NCBI RefSeq assembly: GCF_009914755.1
Contig: NC_060944.1
Direction: 5' to 3' (one strand)
Source of the DNA: the human T2T-CHM13v2.0 reference genome, Homo sapiens
DNA length: 64,000 bases
Shown: piece after piece, positions 15,791 through 29,059 of the stretch
Numbering within the stretch: position 1 is the stretch's first letter
How the letters are laid out: the number at the start of each line of letters is the position of its first letter
The notes under the pieces: model-generated
Told to the model about the DNA's origin: nothing
Databases searched by the model: none
What the model saw: only the letters and a program-made list of their open reading frames with translations
Position numbers and translations under genes: made by a program

Positions 15791-16991
15791 TCTTACCCAC
15801 CATCCCCTCACACACATACTCCCAAGTATCTGACTCTTGACACTTCCCTTACTCCCTTGACCTGCTGTACCTCTGTTGCTGTTCTATTTATCAAGCAGGA
15901 CCCTGTCCTCTCCCAAAATATTCTCCAGAGTGATGGACTGTGTTTTCTGGGAGGCTTCTCTCACCTGAAGGACAAGGTTGACCTGTCTGGCTGCCTTTGC
16001 TGGCTGATGCTGACTATTTCCAACTCAGCTCTCTGCTCCATTTGGTGCTGGCTTCTTCCAGTTGTGGATCCTAGTCTGTCATCTTGACGACACTCCAGAC
16101 CACCCAAAATGTCAACTTGGCAGTTGTTTAAATCAAATCATATAATAAAATAATTAAGCTGTTAGGCTGTGCTGATATACATTGATACTCTTAGTACACA
16201 CACCTGCAAGAGTGGTCTCTTTGTAAACTACATGACAACGAGAACATTCCCTTTTAAAAGTTCCTATTTTCAAATCTGCCTAACAGCAACATATTTGCTC
16301 CAAAACTACATTTCTATTTTACAGGAGAGAGAACAGAAACCAAAGCAAAACTAAATTTCATGTCTTGATTACTCAACAAGAGAGTGTATTGATGACACAA
16401 GTTGTCCTGGGTTAGGTAGTGATTATATTTAAGTGCCATAGAAGATTTTCTTGGAAGAGATTGCAATCACTATAAGTACTTAGCATTGCATTGCTTACAT
16501 GAAAAGAATGCGACTGTTGAGAGGAAAAGAAGCCTCTTTAGTATAGATTAGTCTTCCTATTGTCCATTAATTATGAATGAAAGTTGAAATTCGGCTCATT
16601 GTGATTCAATGCTAGATTCTATAAAAACAACAGTGCTTGTTTAAGGAACTGCCTGGAAGATCTGCTTTGCTCTTTTGCTGGTGCAGTTACTTGTGGAGGT
16701 TATAGGAATTTAGGGACATGGATTTTTCCTGTTACTACAGCATAAATATGTTGTAATATACAAATATACATGTATATCTGAATATGTATGCTGTATATAT
16801 TTACACACACATACATATTCTAAAACTCTTCTACTTCAACCAGGGCAGCAGCTACTCTTCTGTTTAGTTTTATATAATGAGGTTCCATATAAGATTATAC
16901 TTAAAGAGAAAGTGCCGGTTTGGTTAAGTAAAATTTAGAAAAATACTAATCTAGTCCAACTGTCCTATTTTCTGCATGAAGAGACCACTGA

Positions 16992-17541
<550 letters not shown>

Positions 17542-17569
17542 TAGTCAGTGTTCTTTGTACTGTATTTGG

Positions 17570-17800
17570 CCAATATGTATTGATTGTTTGCTATGCACAG
17601 ACACTGTGCCAAGATTGAATTTCCTCAGGTGATAATCCCACTAACCCCATGAGGTCAATCTTACGTATGTTAGAGAAAAGGATAAAAACCCTCAGGGAAG
17701 ATAAGTAACTTGGTCAAGTTTGCACAGCTACAAAGTGCAGTGTCAAAAATTCAAGTCTAATTTAATCTAATTCCAATGTCAATAACTGTACTCTTATCCA
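17570..17800 (+). mobile_element. MIR fragment
   Basis: aaccccatgagg...aagtaacttggtcaagtttgcacagcta. Confidence 0.5.
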
Positions 17801-19739
17801 CTTCTCTCTACTTTCCTCATAACCATTTTTTTCCCAGGTTGGTAGAATAGACCACAAAAGCCAACTTTGTGTGCATTTCTATATCCATATATAAAATAAT
17901 ATACCAAAATACATTTGATCATGGCATATTTATTAAGTGTTCTATATTACTCTGAGCTCTATTACTCTTTAAAATTTTTTAAATTCTATTCATAAGCGAC
18001 ACATAATAATTGTACATCTTTCTGAACTTCATTCTTAAAGGAACAATTGTAGCTGCATCGAAGTTGACATCAGGGCAATTTCTGCTTCACAGATTTTGAG
18101 GGCCTGGAAGAAGATTTGATGAGAATATTTTAATCCCTGGATGAATTTTATTTACCTGTGTAGGCAAAAACTTAGTAAAAGATCTTTGAACCCTAAATAT
18201 TTTACTTTAGGTACAGAGGTTATAAAATACCTCTGTACCTTTAGGTACAGAGGTTGAAATGAATGAACTGTTATCTTAGATAGTATGCCATTTCAGCATG
18301 AGAAGGGAATCTGAGGATTTATTATCTATAAACACAGAATATTCTTGCAGAATATCTTCAACAAGCACTTCCAGTCATAATTGAAGGAACTGACCAGCAA
18401 AGAGAGAAGGGAAAGAAAAGTGATTTATAGCTCATATGCTGTCTTGATAAAGGATCTAGGTTTTATGAAATATTATGGAAACTTTAAGTGCTGAGAATTC
18501 TATGCAATCTAATCAAAGATTGTAGTGCTGTGAGTAAAAGAAAAAAATGTAACAACAGAGAGGGATTGGAGAGGAGTGGAAGAAACAGCAAGTAGGAATC
18601 ACACAGAGACTAACAATGATAATTCACAATGATAATTCAATTTAAGCTGGTCCTCTAACTATCATATCCCATGGGGATCCCAGGAGTTACCTGGAGACTC
18701 GGCATTATTATTCAGAGAACACTTGGAATTAATGCCTCTCTTATTGTTGAAATTCTCCCTAGAGTTGTTTGCATACACCTTGATATCGATGTTCTAAGAA
18801 GCTATTATCCCTTTATGTGCATTAGATCACAGAACAGCTACATTAGAGATGCTCTTGAATTTTGATTTAATCAAACAGGCATTTTTATGCTTCAGTCCTA
18901 ATAATGGTTCCAGTGGTTCATCCAGTAGTTCCTGATATTTGGGTAAAGAGGTAGGCAATGTGAGCTGTCCATTGAGATATTTTGCTTTGCTTAATTCAGT
19001 GTGATGCTGTGAAACTCAACCAATAACAGTTTGAAAGTGTGCCCATGTATCCAAATACCAAGTAGCAGCAGGAAAAGAGTTCTCTGCAGCCAGTAACAAT
19101 TAGAGATTTATTAAGACTCTGGAAAACTTACTGGCTGGTCAAAAAAACCAATGATAATCTCCACCTCACTCAGGGAATTTAAGGTTGTTTGTTTGTTTCT
19201 TTGTTTGTGTGTTTTCCCCTCCACAGCCTAAGGATTCAGAAAGGTCAGAAAAACAGAAGTCACTTCTCTTGATACTTCTTCCCATAAAGACTTACCTTTC
19301 TGCCAGGGAAAGATATAGATTTGTATAACTTCCATTATTGTAGAAAACACAACCAAGAACCTGCCGCAGGAGATATCCTGAAAACCATTGCAACTGTTCC
19401 ACGTGGGGCGAAAAGACATCTCTAGTTGTGTTGGAGCCTTATTGATGTTTTGTATTGCTATGTTCTGCTGTGCCATTCTTGTATGAAAAACAGGAAAAAG
19501 ATAAGTTATAAGGCATTTTAGCATATCAGAGCATGGTTAGCACATTTAGCTTAGAGGAGTTGCTCCATTACAAAATTACCTCTTTGTAAATCATATTATT
19601 AAAAAAAACACACATCTGTCTTCTCAGGGAATTGCCTTCTGAATATAAATCTTTGAGAACTGATACTTAAATTCCACTGTAATTTAAGTTTCACTGTAAT
19701 TAACCAACATTTTATGGCCTAGCCCACTTCTGCCTTCTA

Positions 19740-20475
19740 ATATATAGTTTAGTGGGAAAGACACAAGTTAAACAAACAGAAAAATAAATATTTATTTAAG
19801 ATTCTAGAAAATCTTTTAACTGGACAGAGAACAGCCTTGCCACATGAGAGAATAGACTAAGAATGGCTTACATTAAGTTTACTAGTCTGGTATGTTCTCT
19901 CTGAGCAGATAGTTAAGCTGAGTCCTGAAGGATGAGACAGTAAAACCATTGGGAGAACAAAGGAAGAAGACTAGGCTGTGCAGAAATTGTTGTGGTTTGA
20001 AAAAGCTGAGTGGGGAACGGGAAGAGGCCCACCTTGCCAAAAAGGTATTTAAAAACAAGGAAGAAGAGGGCAATGACATGCAGTGGTAGGCAAGGCTTTA
20101 TCACGTAAGACTTTAAGAATATTGTAGCTCTAGTGAAAGTTTGAATCAGAGAAATTTAAATACCTAAATGTCACTTTGAAAGATCATTCTAACTATTGTT
20201 TGATGAATGGTGGTTGCTATAGGGCAAGGGGCAAAATGGAAGTTCATTGGGAGGCTTCTGTAGTTGTTTACAAAGTAAACAATGATGGCTTAGACTAGGG
20301 TGGTATCCATAGAGAGAGAAGTAGACAGATTCAAGATGCATTTTTGAGGGAAAACTGAGAGTTGTATGAATTCAGTGTGAGGGATTCAGGACTATGTGAC
20401 ATCTCATGAATGCCCTCCTGGTTTCTGCTCTGAGTGTGTGGGTAGATGGTGACATTATTTACTGAGATGACGAGG
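19740..20475 (-). mobile_element. L2 LINE fragment
   Basis: ttaagctgagtcctgaaggatgag, ttgaaagatcattct, gatggcttagactagggtggt, tttactgagatg. Confidence 0.65.
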
Positions 20476-20944
20476 GCATCATCTATACCTTGAATACATT
20501 GAATGTATTTCTTAATTTCTCCCTCATTCCTCCTTCTCCCTTTCCTTACCATGTTTCTCTAAATCCTAGCTATCTTTTCAGATTCAGCATGCTTAATAAA
20601 CATATTGAGTAATAATTAAAATAATAAGTTTAAAATTTTTGAGTGGTTCTAAACACTGTACATGCCCAATTTATTTAATCCTCCCAATAAAACTCTATAG
20701 GAGAAATTCTCTTTACAAATAAAGAATGTGGAGACACAGAGAGCATACATAATATGCCTAAGGTCACACAGCTGTATAGCAATTGCTAGGAAAAGCAAGC
20801 ATTTACCTTTACAGAGTTACAGTCAAATGCAGGTGGCAGACTTACAAACAGACTGATGCAATGCTTTGGCAAAGCTGTTTTAACAATGGTTTCAGTGGCC
20901 TTCTATGTGACCCATGCAGGGGAAACTGATCTGGCCCTGGGCAA

Positions 20945-21310
20945 ATGTCTGTGCTGTTATAACAAAATACCACAGACTGGGTAATTTATAAAGACTAGAA
21001 ATTTATTTCTTATAGTTCTGAGGCTGGGAAGTCCAAGATCAAGATGCTAGCAGGCTCAGTTTCTGATGAGGGCTATCTCTGCTTTCAAGATGGCTTCTTC
21101 TTGCTGCATCTCTGGAGGGGAAGAACACTGTGTCCCCACATGGTGGAAGGTGGAAGTGCCCTTCAAATACTGTCTGAAGTCTCTTTAATGGGGGCCTCAA
21201 TCCCATTTATGAGGAGAGGAGGCCTCATGACCTAATCATCTTAATATGTACACATTGGCTAGTAATTTTCAACGTCTGAATTTTAGAGAGGACACAGTCA
21301 AATCATAGCA
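20945..21310 (-). mobile_element. MLT1A-type MaLR LTR
   Basis: ataacaaaataccacagactgggtaattta...ggctgggaagtccaagatcaag...tcaaatcatagca. Confidence 0.8.
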
Positions 21311-21811
21311 GCAGAGATAATGAAGACAGGCTTTCTAGAGGGGATGATACCCGAGCTACACTTTGAAAAGAAGGTAAAAATCCTGGTGGAATTAATGGGG
21401 GCAGGGAAGGCTTTCTCAGGTAAAGGAACATATATGCAAAGGACACTATGTAGTGGGGTAAGAGCAGGGAGAAATAATGAGATAGTATTGAGGGACAATT
21501 GATGGGAAATATGGCTAAAGAGATAGATTACAGAGATGAAGTCTGGTATTCATAGAGATGTACTTTAATTATTTAAAATAGATCTCTTGGCACTATATCG
21601 AGTCGATGAATTGGGGAGGGCTTAAGTCACAAGTCTAGAAATACAATTTGAAAACTTGCATTTTTATTTTTCTATTGGAGAAAAATGATGGTTTGATACA
21701 GAGCAACGGTGTTAGAGATGAAGAAAAGATGAATTTGAAGATTAAATGAGACAGGACATAGAAAGCACTCAGCACAAAGTTTGGCATAGATTACCTACAT
21801 AAGAAATATCA

Positions 21812-22330
21812 TTGTTTCAGATGTCTGTTGCTGTTTAACAATCCATTGTAAAGCTTGGTTGCTTAAAACAACAAATACTTACTATTTTCTTCTAATTCTG
21901 TGAGTTGAGTGGGCTCTTCTGGGTGGTTCTTCTAGTCTTCAGTTGCAAGTAAATTTGATTTAATTGATTATGACTGAGGTCACTCATGTAGCTACATTCA
22001 ATTTCAACTGGACTGGGGCTGGAGCTGCAAGAATGGCCTTTCTCCAAGGCCTCTTTTCAGACAAGCTTTAGTCATTCACTGGTCTAGCCTGGACAACATG
22101 GCAGCTGGGTTCTAAGAGAGAGACAGTGGAAGCTGCTAATGCTCTTACTGTATGGTCCCAAAAGCCCTATAACCATTTTCCTTTCACCTTCAAATTGGTC
22201 AAATCAGTTACAAGGCCAACCCAAATCCAAGGAGAGGGGAAATAGAGGGAGACATATGCAGATAGAGAAATGGCAAAAAAAAAAAAAAAAAAAAAAGTTG
22301 TTGGTGACTGTATTTGTAGACTGCATACCA
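21812..22330 (-). mobile_element. MLT1-family MaLR LTR (old)
   Basis: gcttaaaacaacaa...aacatggcagctgggttc...ttggtcaaatcagttacaaggccaacccaaatccaagg. Confidence 0.65.
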
Positions 22331-23144
22331 GTTATTTAAATTGTCTAATGCCAATTTAATTCCTTAAACAGCATTCTTCATTTATATTTGTATTAGTTTC
22401 TTTCTCTAGCTCTATAAGCTTCCTTTCTATCTCACACAGAGTCTTTCCTATCTTGTACTAAATCTATGTTTTAGGGTTTTTTTCCCCTTAATGTCCCGGA
22501 GAATACAAAACAGCAGTTACCGGAAATTCAATTTATTTTCCTAGCTGAGGTAAATATTTTTCAAAATTATAGTCTTTATTTATCTTTTACATTCTTTCTT
22601 TTTTAAATTTTCTTTTTTAGTTGCTGAATATTTTCAAACATACTGGTTATGCATATGTATGCCTGTATGTGGCTTGTTTATTTTTCTTGACTGACTATTG
22701 AGGATGACAAGTCTATACAGTCTATCCATGTTTTCTATTTGCATAAAAATTGTTTGTCTCGATTCTCCTTGAGACCTGGGCAGCTTGAGTTCTCCCCATT
22801 TATATGGGCATCTTTAACTCTTGAGGATTGTGTGCTGGAGGTTTCTAATTAGCAAAGTGGAAAGGCAGCTACAGTCCTAGTTGATAAATACTTTACGTCA
22901 TGGTTTTTGTCTTGTTTGTTTTGCAAAGAATGTATCAGACTGCTGTGTTCACCTGACCTTATTTCTAGATACACCATGTGGTTCTCATCACTATCACTCT
23001 GGAGTTTCTACCTATCACTCTGGGGAGTCTCCAGTCCTATTGGAGGGGTATTTGTCTCATTAATTAAAAGGCTCCTCCTGGTTTAGTCACCTATATTGAT
23101 TAAAAGTCATGAAAATTCCACTATCTTTCTCTTTAATGATGCCT

Positions 23145-23273
23145 TAGGTAAGGATACAGCTTACTATCCAAAATAGGACACTTTTAGGATAAAGATACAT
23201 TGTTAATAATGTATAATAATAAATAAGACAAAAAATGTAACTATTTTGGAAAATGAGGCTATATGGTCACTCA
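23145..23273. mobile_element. MER81-like hAT MITE
   Basis: tatccaaaataggacacttt...tatggtcac resembles the MER81 termini. Confidence 0.45.
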
Positions 23274-24423
23274 AGTGATGCCATAACTGGAGCTTTTGCA
23301 ACCAGTGTGTCTCCAGTTGCCTCTCTTTCCCCGTAGCCAGACCTCCATCCATGTCCTCCAGACTGGTGGAGTTTACCCCAGTGGGAGCAAGTTTACACTG
23401 ATATTAGTAGAAACTGTGCTTGGAAAAAAATACACTTAAAATAGACTCATGCTTTCTCTTCCCACTTCACACGGATGCTGACCCACGATGAGGAAAGGGA
23501 TGCGAGCTGGCTACCTATGTCTCAGTTCCCTCTTCCTTCAAAAGGTGCAAATATTAAATAGTTTGCACTTCTTCCCCTCAACATTTCTTGCGATATTCCT
23601 TGAAAGAAAAGTTAGTTGTTAGTGGATATTCCATGTAATAGTCTCAAATGTCGAATCTGTGGTAGAGAGCAAAGCATATAAAAAAATTATAGGGGATTAA
23701 GTGTGTGACTCTACAGTTTGAAAAAAGCACTGTAGCTAGTTTTAACATGCAGTATCTCTGACTTCCCCAGCGCATGTGTATTGAGAACCACTATCCTCTC
23801 TGATGTAACAGTAAGGTGTGTTGTAACAAGTGCCTGGTAGCTCATGCTACCAGGATCAAGAAAAATTAGCTCTGAGGAATGATTTTTTTCTACTTTTATT
23901 TTATATGGTATTAATCACATCTAAGTAAACTTGCTTTTTGTTTGAAGCCAGATGCCCCAACAGACCAAGTTACACAGAAAAGAAATTTATGCATCTGGTC
24001 ATTAATGCATATTTGGCCCCTAATAGCTACATGTAAAATAATTCACTTGAAAACATTACTCATTTTTGTCAAAGGGCTGCACAAGAGCTTTATTATACAT
24101 CTTATTTTTAAACTGACTTCTACTATAAATGAAGTTTTACTACTTCCTGATCATCTTCTTCTGACAACTTGCTATTCAGTTTTTTTGGCAAAATAAAATA
24201 ACAATAAAACGTGATTAATTTATTGATGAATGGATGGAGAAATAGATGAGTGGATAGACATATGATTAAAACAAGAACAGTAAAGCTTTAGTGGTAGAAT
24301 CTAGATGGTGGATAAATGGGGGGCCATGGTAGATTTCTTTCAACTTTTCTGAATTTTGAAAATTTACATAATAAAATGTTGGAAAATGATTACTTATTAT
24401 TTTCTATTAAAAATCACGGAGTA

Positions 24424-24738
<315 letters not shown>

Positions 24739-25329
24739 TCATGGAGTAAAGGGAAGTTTTGTAGTGCTGTCCTCTCTCTAACTGAACAAGAGCCACTAAA
24801 AGCAGTTAGAACACAAGTTCCAAGCAAAACAAAACAAAACAAAAAAACACAGCAGTGGCTCTGAAGCTCTCCCTCCTGTCAGAGATCGTGCAGTCCAGAT
24901 GGATTCATGGGAACTGAGAACTGACTCCTGCCGTCTTGATTCTCTTGGAGAATATAGATTCCCTCTCCCCCAACAACAAGTGTCGTGATCCTGAAAGACG
25001 TATCTAAGAATTCTTTACATCGAGTTGTAAAACCTCAGGTCATTTAAGTGACTCAGTAGGGGAGAAAAAACATAAGGCAAACAGAAAAAGAGGGTAAGTT
25101 TAGGGAGGAATTATGCAGCAGAGTTATTTTCTATGTTCTGTAAGTAGATCTTTAAGGGGAGGAGTGTTCTCTGAGGTGAAGGGGTGTCAAGGAGTGTCAG
25201 ATTGAAGCAGAGAGCCCTAACTGAAAGGCTTTTAGCTGAGTTTCCCTGAGGCAGGTCCTCAGGTGTCCAACATTCCTGAGCAGCCACTGTGCATGTTTCA
25301 TCATACATATCCCACCGTGCTTTCTCTTC

Positions 25330-26500
25330 ATCCCGATACTCTTCTGCACAAAATAGCCACCCTAACTTTAAAAATCAATAATACTTTTGGACCAGTTGAA
25401 AAAATAAGAGAAATTAAAAGAATAAAAGCAAAATTAAGGGATATTAATATAAAGCAGATGGACATCATATATCACAGAAATAATACCCAAAGAGACACAG
25501 GAATATTTTATAAAATACTTCTTCATATCCGCAGAGTTCTGGTTAACATGTTTTATCAAAAACAAGCGATCGAAGAATAGATACAAGGGTTCAAATAAAA
25601 AGTAATGGCATAACATAAAAGCGTTAGAGTTAAGCCCCGTTAAAAATAACAAAAGGAGAATAAGATGGACTAAAATTAAAGACTAAGGAGATGAATTTGA
25701 GAAAATCTTAACAATATTAAAAAAAAAAAACCCAGCAGGGGCAAATCATTCTAGATTAGATGACAGCTATTATAGACAGTCAAAAGATATCCAGTGTATT
25801 AATAATTTATGTTGCTCAGAACAAGTGGAAGAGAAAAAATTATATTTAAGATAGAATGAGAAAACATGAGTTGAGAAACATGATCCTAATTTGTAAGAAA
25901 AAAAAGTGTGTGCCAGAAAAAATTGATGAAAATTTTCAATAGCAAGGCATTATAATATTGAAGTTACTGAACTGCAAGGATAAAGAAAAAAATATCACAT
26001 TTCTATGTAAGCAGAAAAAGTAAATTAAATGTGATGCTTGATGTATTATAGTATCTGATGCCAGAAGATAGTTGGCTATTGTCTACAAAGTTAAAAGGAA
26101 GAAAATTATAACAGAATAAGATAATACTCCTCCTTTTTCTTTTGAATAGAAAGTCAAATAACAAATTATCTCACATATGCAAGAACTGAGGGACGAGAGT
26201 AGACTTGCCCCATTTTTGGTGTGAAGGGCAGGTGGACACAAGGCTGTGAAGTTCAGCCAACCAAGAGATCTGGACTCTTGAAAATGAAGGGATAAAGAAG
26301 GTAAAGAAACAGTGTCACTCAATACATATATTTAAATTTAGAAAGCAGATAAAACAACAATGGGGATTATAGTTATAAATAGAATACAAACATTTTAAAC
26401 CTTGACAATACAAAATAATCATATAACTATCAAAATTAAGTGATTGAGATGGCATACAAAGTGTAAGTGTCCCAATTTTTGTATCCCATACTGTAGGAAT
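25330..26500 (+). mobile_element. Highly decayed L1M/HAL1 ORF1-region remnant
   Basis: Strongly A-rich + strand with degenerate ORF1-like motifs; no open frame. Confidence 0.35.
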
Positions 26501-26511
26501 AAAGAAAATTT

Positions 26512-26809
26512 TTGTTTTGTTTTGTTTTTGTTTTTGTGTTTGTTTTTGAGACAGAGTCTCACTCTGTCGCCCAGGCTGGAATGCAGTGGTGTGATCTCGG
26601 CTCACTGCAACCTCTGCCTCCTGGTTCAAACGATTCTCCTGCCTCAGCCTCTCGAGTAGTTGTGACTACAGGCATGCGCCACCAAGCCTGGCTCATTTTT
26701 GTATTTTTAATAGAGACGGGATTTCACCATGCTGGCCAAGCTGGTCTCGAACTCCTGGCCTCAAGTGATCTGCCTGCCTCGGCCTCCCAAAGTGCTGGGA
26801 TTACAGGCC
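26512..26809 (-). mobile_element. Alu (AluS-type) lacking ~19 nt near its 5' end
   Basis: Ends gggattacaggcc instead of ...ggcgtgagccaccgcgcccggcc; approximate TSD aagaaaatttt / aagaaacatttt. Confidence 0.9.
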
Positions 26810-26857
26810 GAAGAAACATTTTCTACTGTTGGCATACATAGTTTTATGTATATACTT

Positions 26858-27220
26858 ATTTATTTTTTATTTCAACTTGTATTTTAGATTCAGGGGTACA
26901 TGTATAGGTCTGTTACATGGGCATATTCTGTGATGCTGAGGTTTGGGGTACAATGAATCCCATCACTCAAATAGTGAACATAGTACCCAATCTGTAGTTT
27001 TTCAACTCTTGCTTCTCTCCCTCCATCCCCCAGTAGGAGTCCCCCGTGGCTGTTGTTCCTATCTTTATGTCCATGTGTACCCAATGTTTAGCTCCCACTT
27101 GTAAGTGAGAACATGCAGTATTTGGTTTTCTGTGTTAATTTGCTTAGGGTAATGGCCTCCAGCTGCATCCATGTTGCTACAAAGGAATGATTTTGATATT
27201 TTTTTATGGTTGGGCAGTGA
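26858..27220 (-). mobile_element. L1 3' UTR fragment (old L1PA, ~PA15/16-type)
   Basis: ttttagattcaggggtacatgt...tttagctcccacttgtaagtgagaacatgcagtatttggttttc. Confidence 0.8.
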
Positions 27221-29059
27221 AATACATAGTTTGCCCATATTGACTCCAACTTTTAAAATGCTTTAAAAATCTTCTTTTTTAAAAAATTTAAAGAAATATT
27301 TTAGAAAATAAAATTTTTGTGCTATGGAAATGTTATGTAAAATCTTTCAATTTAACTTTTTTATCACTTGAATTCAAGTTTAATCTTCTCTCCTGTGAAT
27401 AAGCCTACTGCTGTATGAAATGCTGTTTACCAAAGGATGACAATGATTATTTCTGAATTTGGGGGAATTGCAATGTTTTTTATTTTACTTTTCTGTATTG
27501 ATTTTTTAAGTCTATATCACTTTTTCAAGAAATATACTCTTTTTAATGTAATCGTTTCCATCTGGTGTTAACAAAGGCAAAGAATGACTTTGAGGATAAT
27601 TCTTTAATCTTTCCATATCCACAGGCAGCTCATTTGAGCACGAGTAGTTAGTTGCTTTGACTGGATAGTGATCTCTGTTAGCCATGAAGGTGGTAAAGTC
27701 ACTGGAATCATCGATTCCATTTAGATTCCAGTAGCTTAGACAAAAAGCGACCAGTTTACTAAAAACCTTAGAAAACACCTTAGAAAACACCTGGAAATGC
27801 CACACTTAACTGCCGTTGCTGAGATTATTAGAGTTTTGCTGCTGTTGTTGTGGGTATACTTTAAGGGTAACTAAATTTCCAGAGCCATAAGTATATGAAG
27901 CCTTGTCCTTCGTAATAGTGGAACTGAAGTTCTTAAGAGGGGCTCAGGAGGCTGACTCATTGTTTCCTCTTAGGAAGTATTGGTATTTAACATGTGATTT
28001 AAAATATCTATAAATTGAGTTATGACATGAGTTTTCACATGATGACCTTCTCACCAATGTATTTGTGTAATTTTGATGTTAGTGGAGTTAGTTTATGTAG
28101 TGAAGGTGGAAAAATGTGTTACTAAGAGGTAATTACTGTAAAGCTATTTAATTATTGATTTCCCCAACATAGCAGGATTGACATTTTGCAGATATAGTGA
28201 AGGAAAAGATATGCATTAACAGAATGAGAACAGAATAAATGTACGTTTTAAAAAGAAACACAATTCATTTTAATAGGTATGCAGTCATTATTCAGGAAAT
28301 GTGACTGCTTCTCCATAAATGACATTAGCTGTTTAAGTTAAAATGACAGACCTATAATAAGTAAAGATATTATGAGGGCGTTTTAAACCCTAGCATTGGC
28401 GTAAGGTTATATTAAAACTTCATATTTACCAACATTGTTTTTTTGTAGTCTCTGTCTTCATTACCCTTTATGAAAAGCACACTTTATTTTGAAGTATTTA
28501 TATTGGCTTGTGCTTCATTCTTCACTTAGAAAAGCATTTTGCTTTGCATATTTGTCTAATAGCTATAAATAAATGCAGCTACTTCTTCCCTTGAAATGAG
28601 CAACTTTGCATTTTAGGCTGAATGAAAAAGATCAGCTCAGGACTTCTACAGAAGTTCCAGCCTTGCTGAATCCTTGCTTTTTCATCCCTGGTTTATCTGC
28701 CTTTCTGATTTCTAGCCACAGCGAACAAGCATCTGACTACATGGTAATGAGCCCTTAAAATGACAAAAAGAAGTGCTTACACATTCAAAGGAGTTTTAGC
28801 TTCTAAAGAATAGCCTTTGGTTGAAAGCATGTTTTGAACTGTCTTTTGGATTGCGTTCAGAGTCAGTGTATGAGACCCACAAGAAACAATGCCTCATTTA
28901 ATTACGGCGGCACATGATTCCTAACATAAAATCATATGACCCAGCTGGTCAACATTCATATCAGGCAAGCTTTGTTTGAAATAATATTCAGCCATTTTTC
29001 TTATATGACAGCAAAAACACAAAGGGAAGGATTTGTCACCATTTAAATAATTCAAAGAA

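Noticed and set aside
18613-18638. Short tandem duplications (acaatgataattc x2; also ~27765-27791 and ~22992-23021)
   Set aside because: Ordinary slippage duplications, with no spacer-repeat array or CRISPR-like periodicity.
28880-28910. Adjacent SOX (aacaat) and homeobox (taatta) motifs
   Set aside because: Short AT-rich motifs are frequent by chance here, and no conservation data are available.
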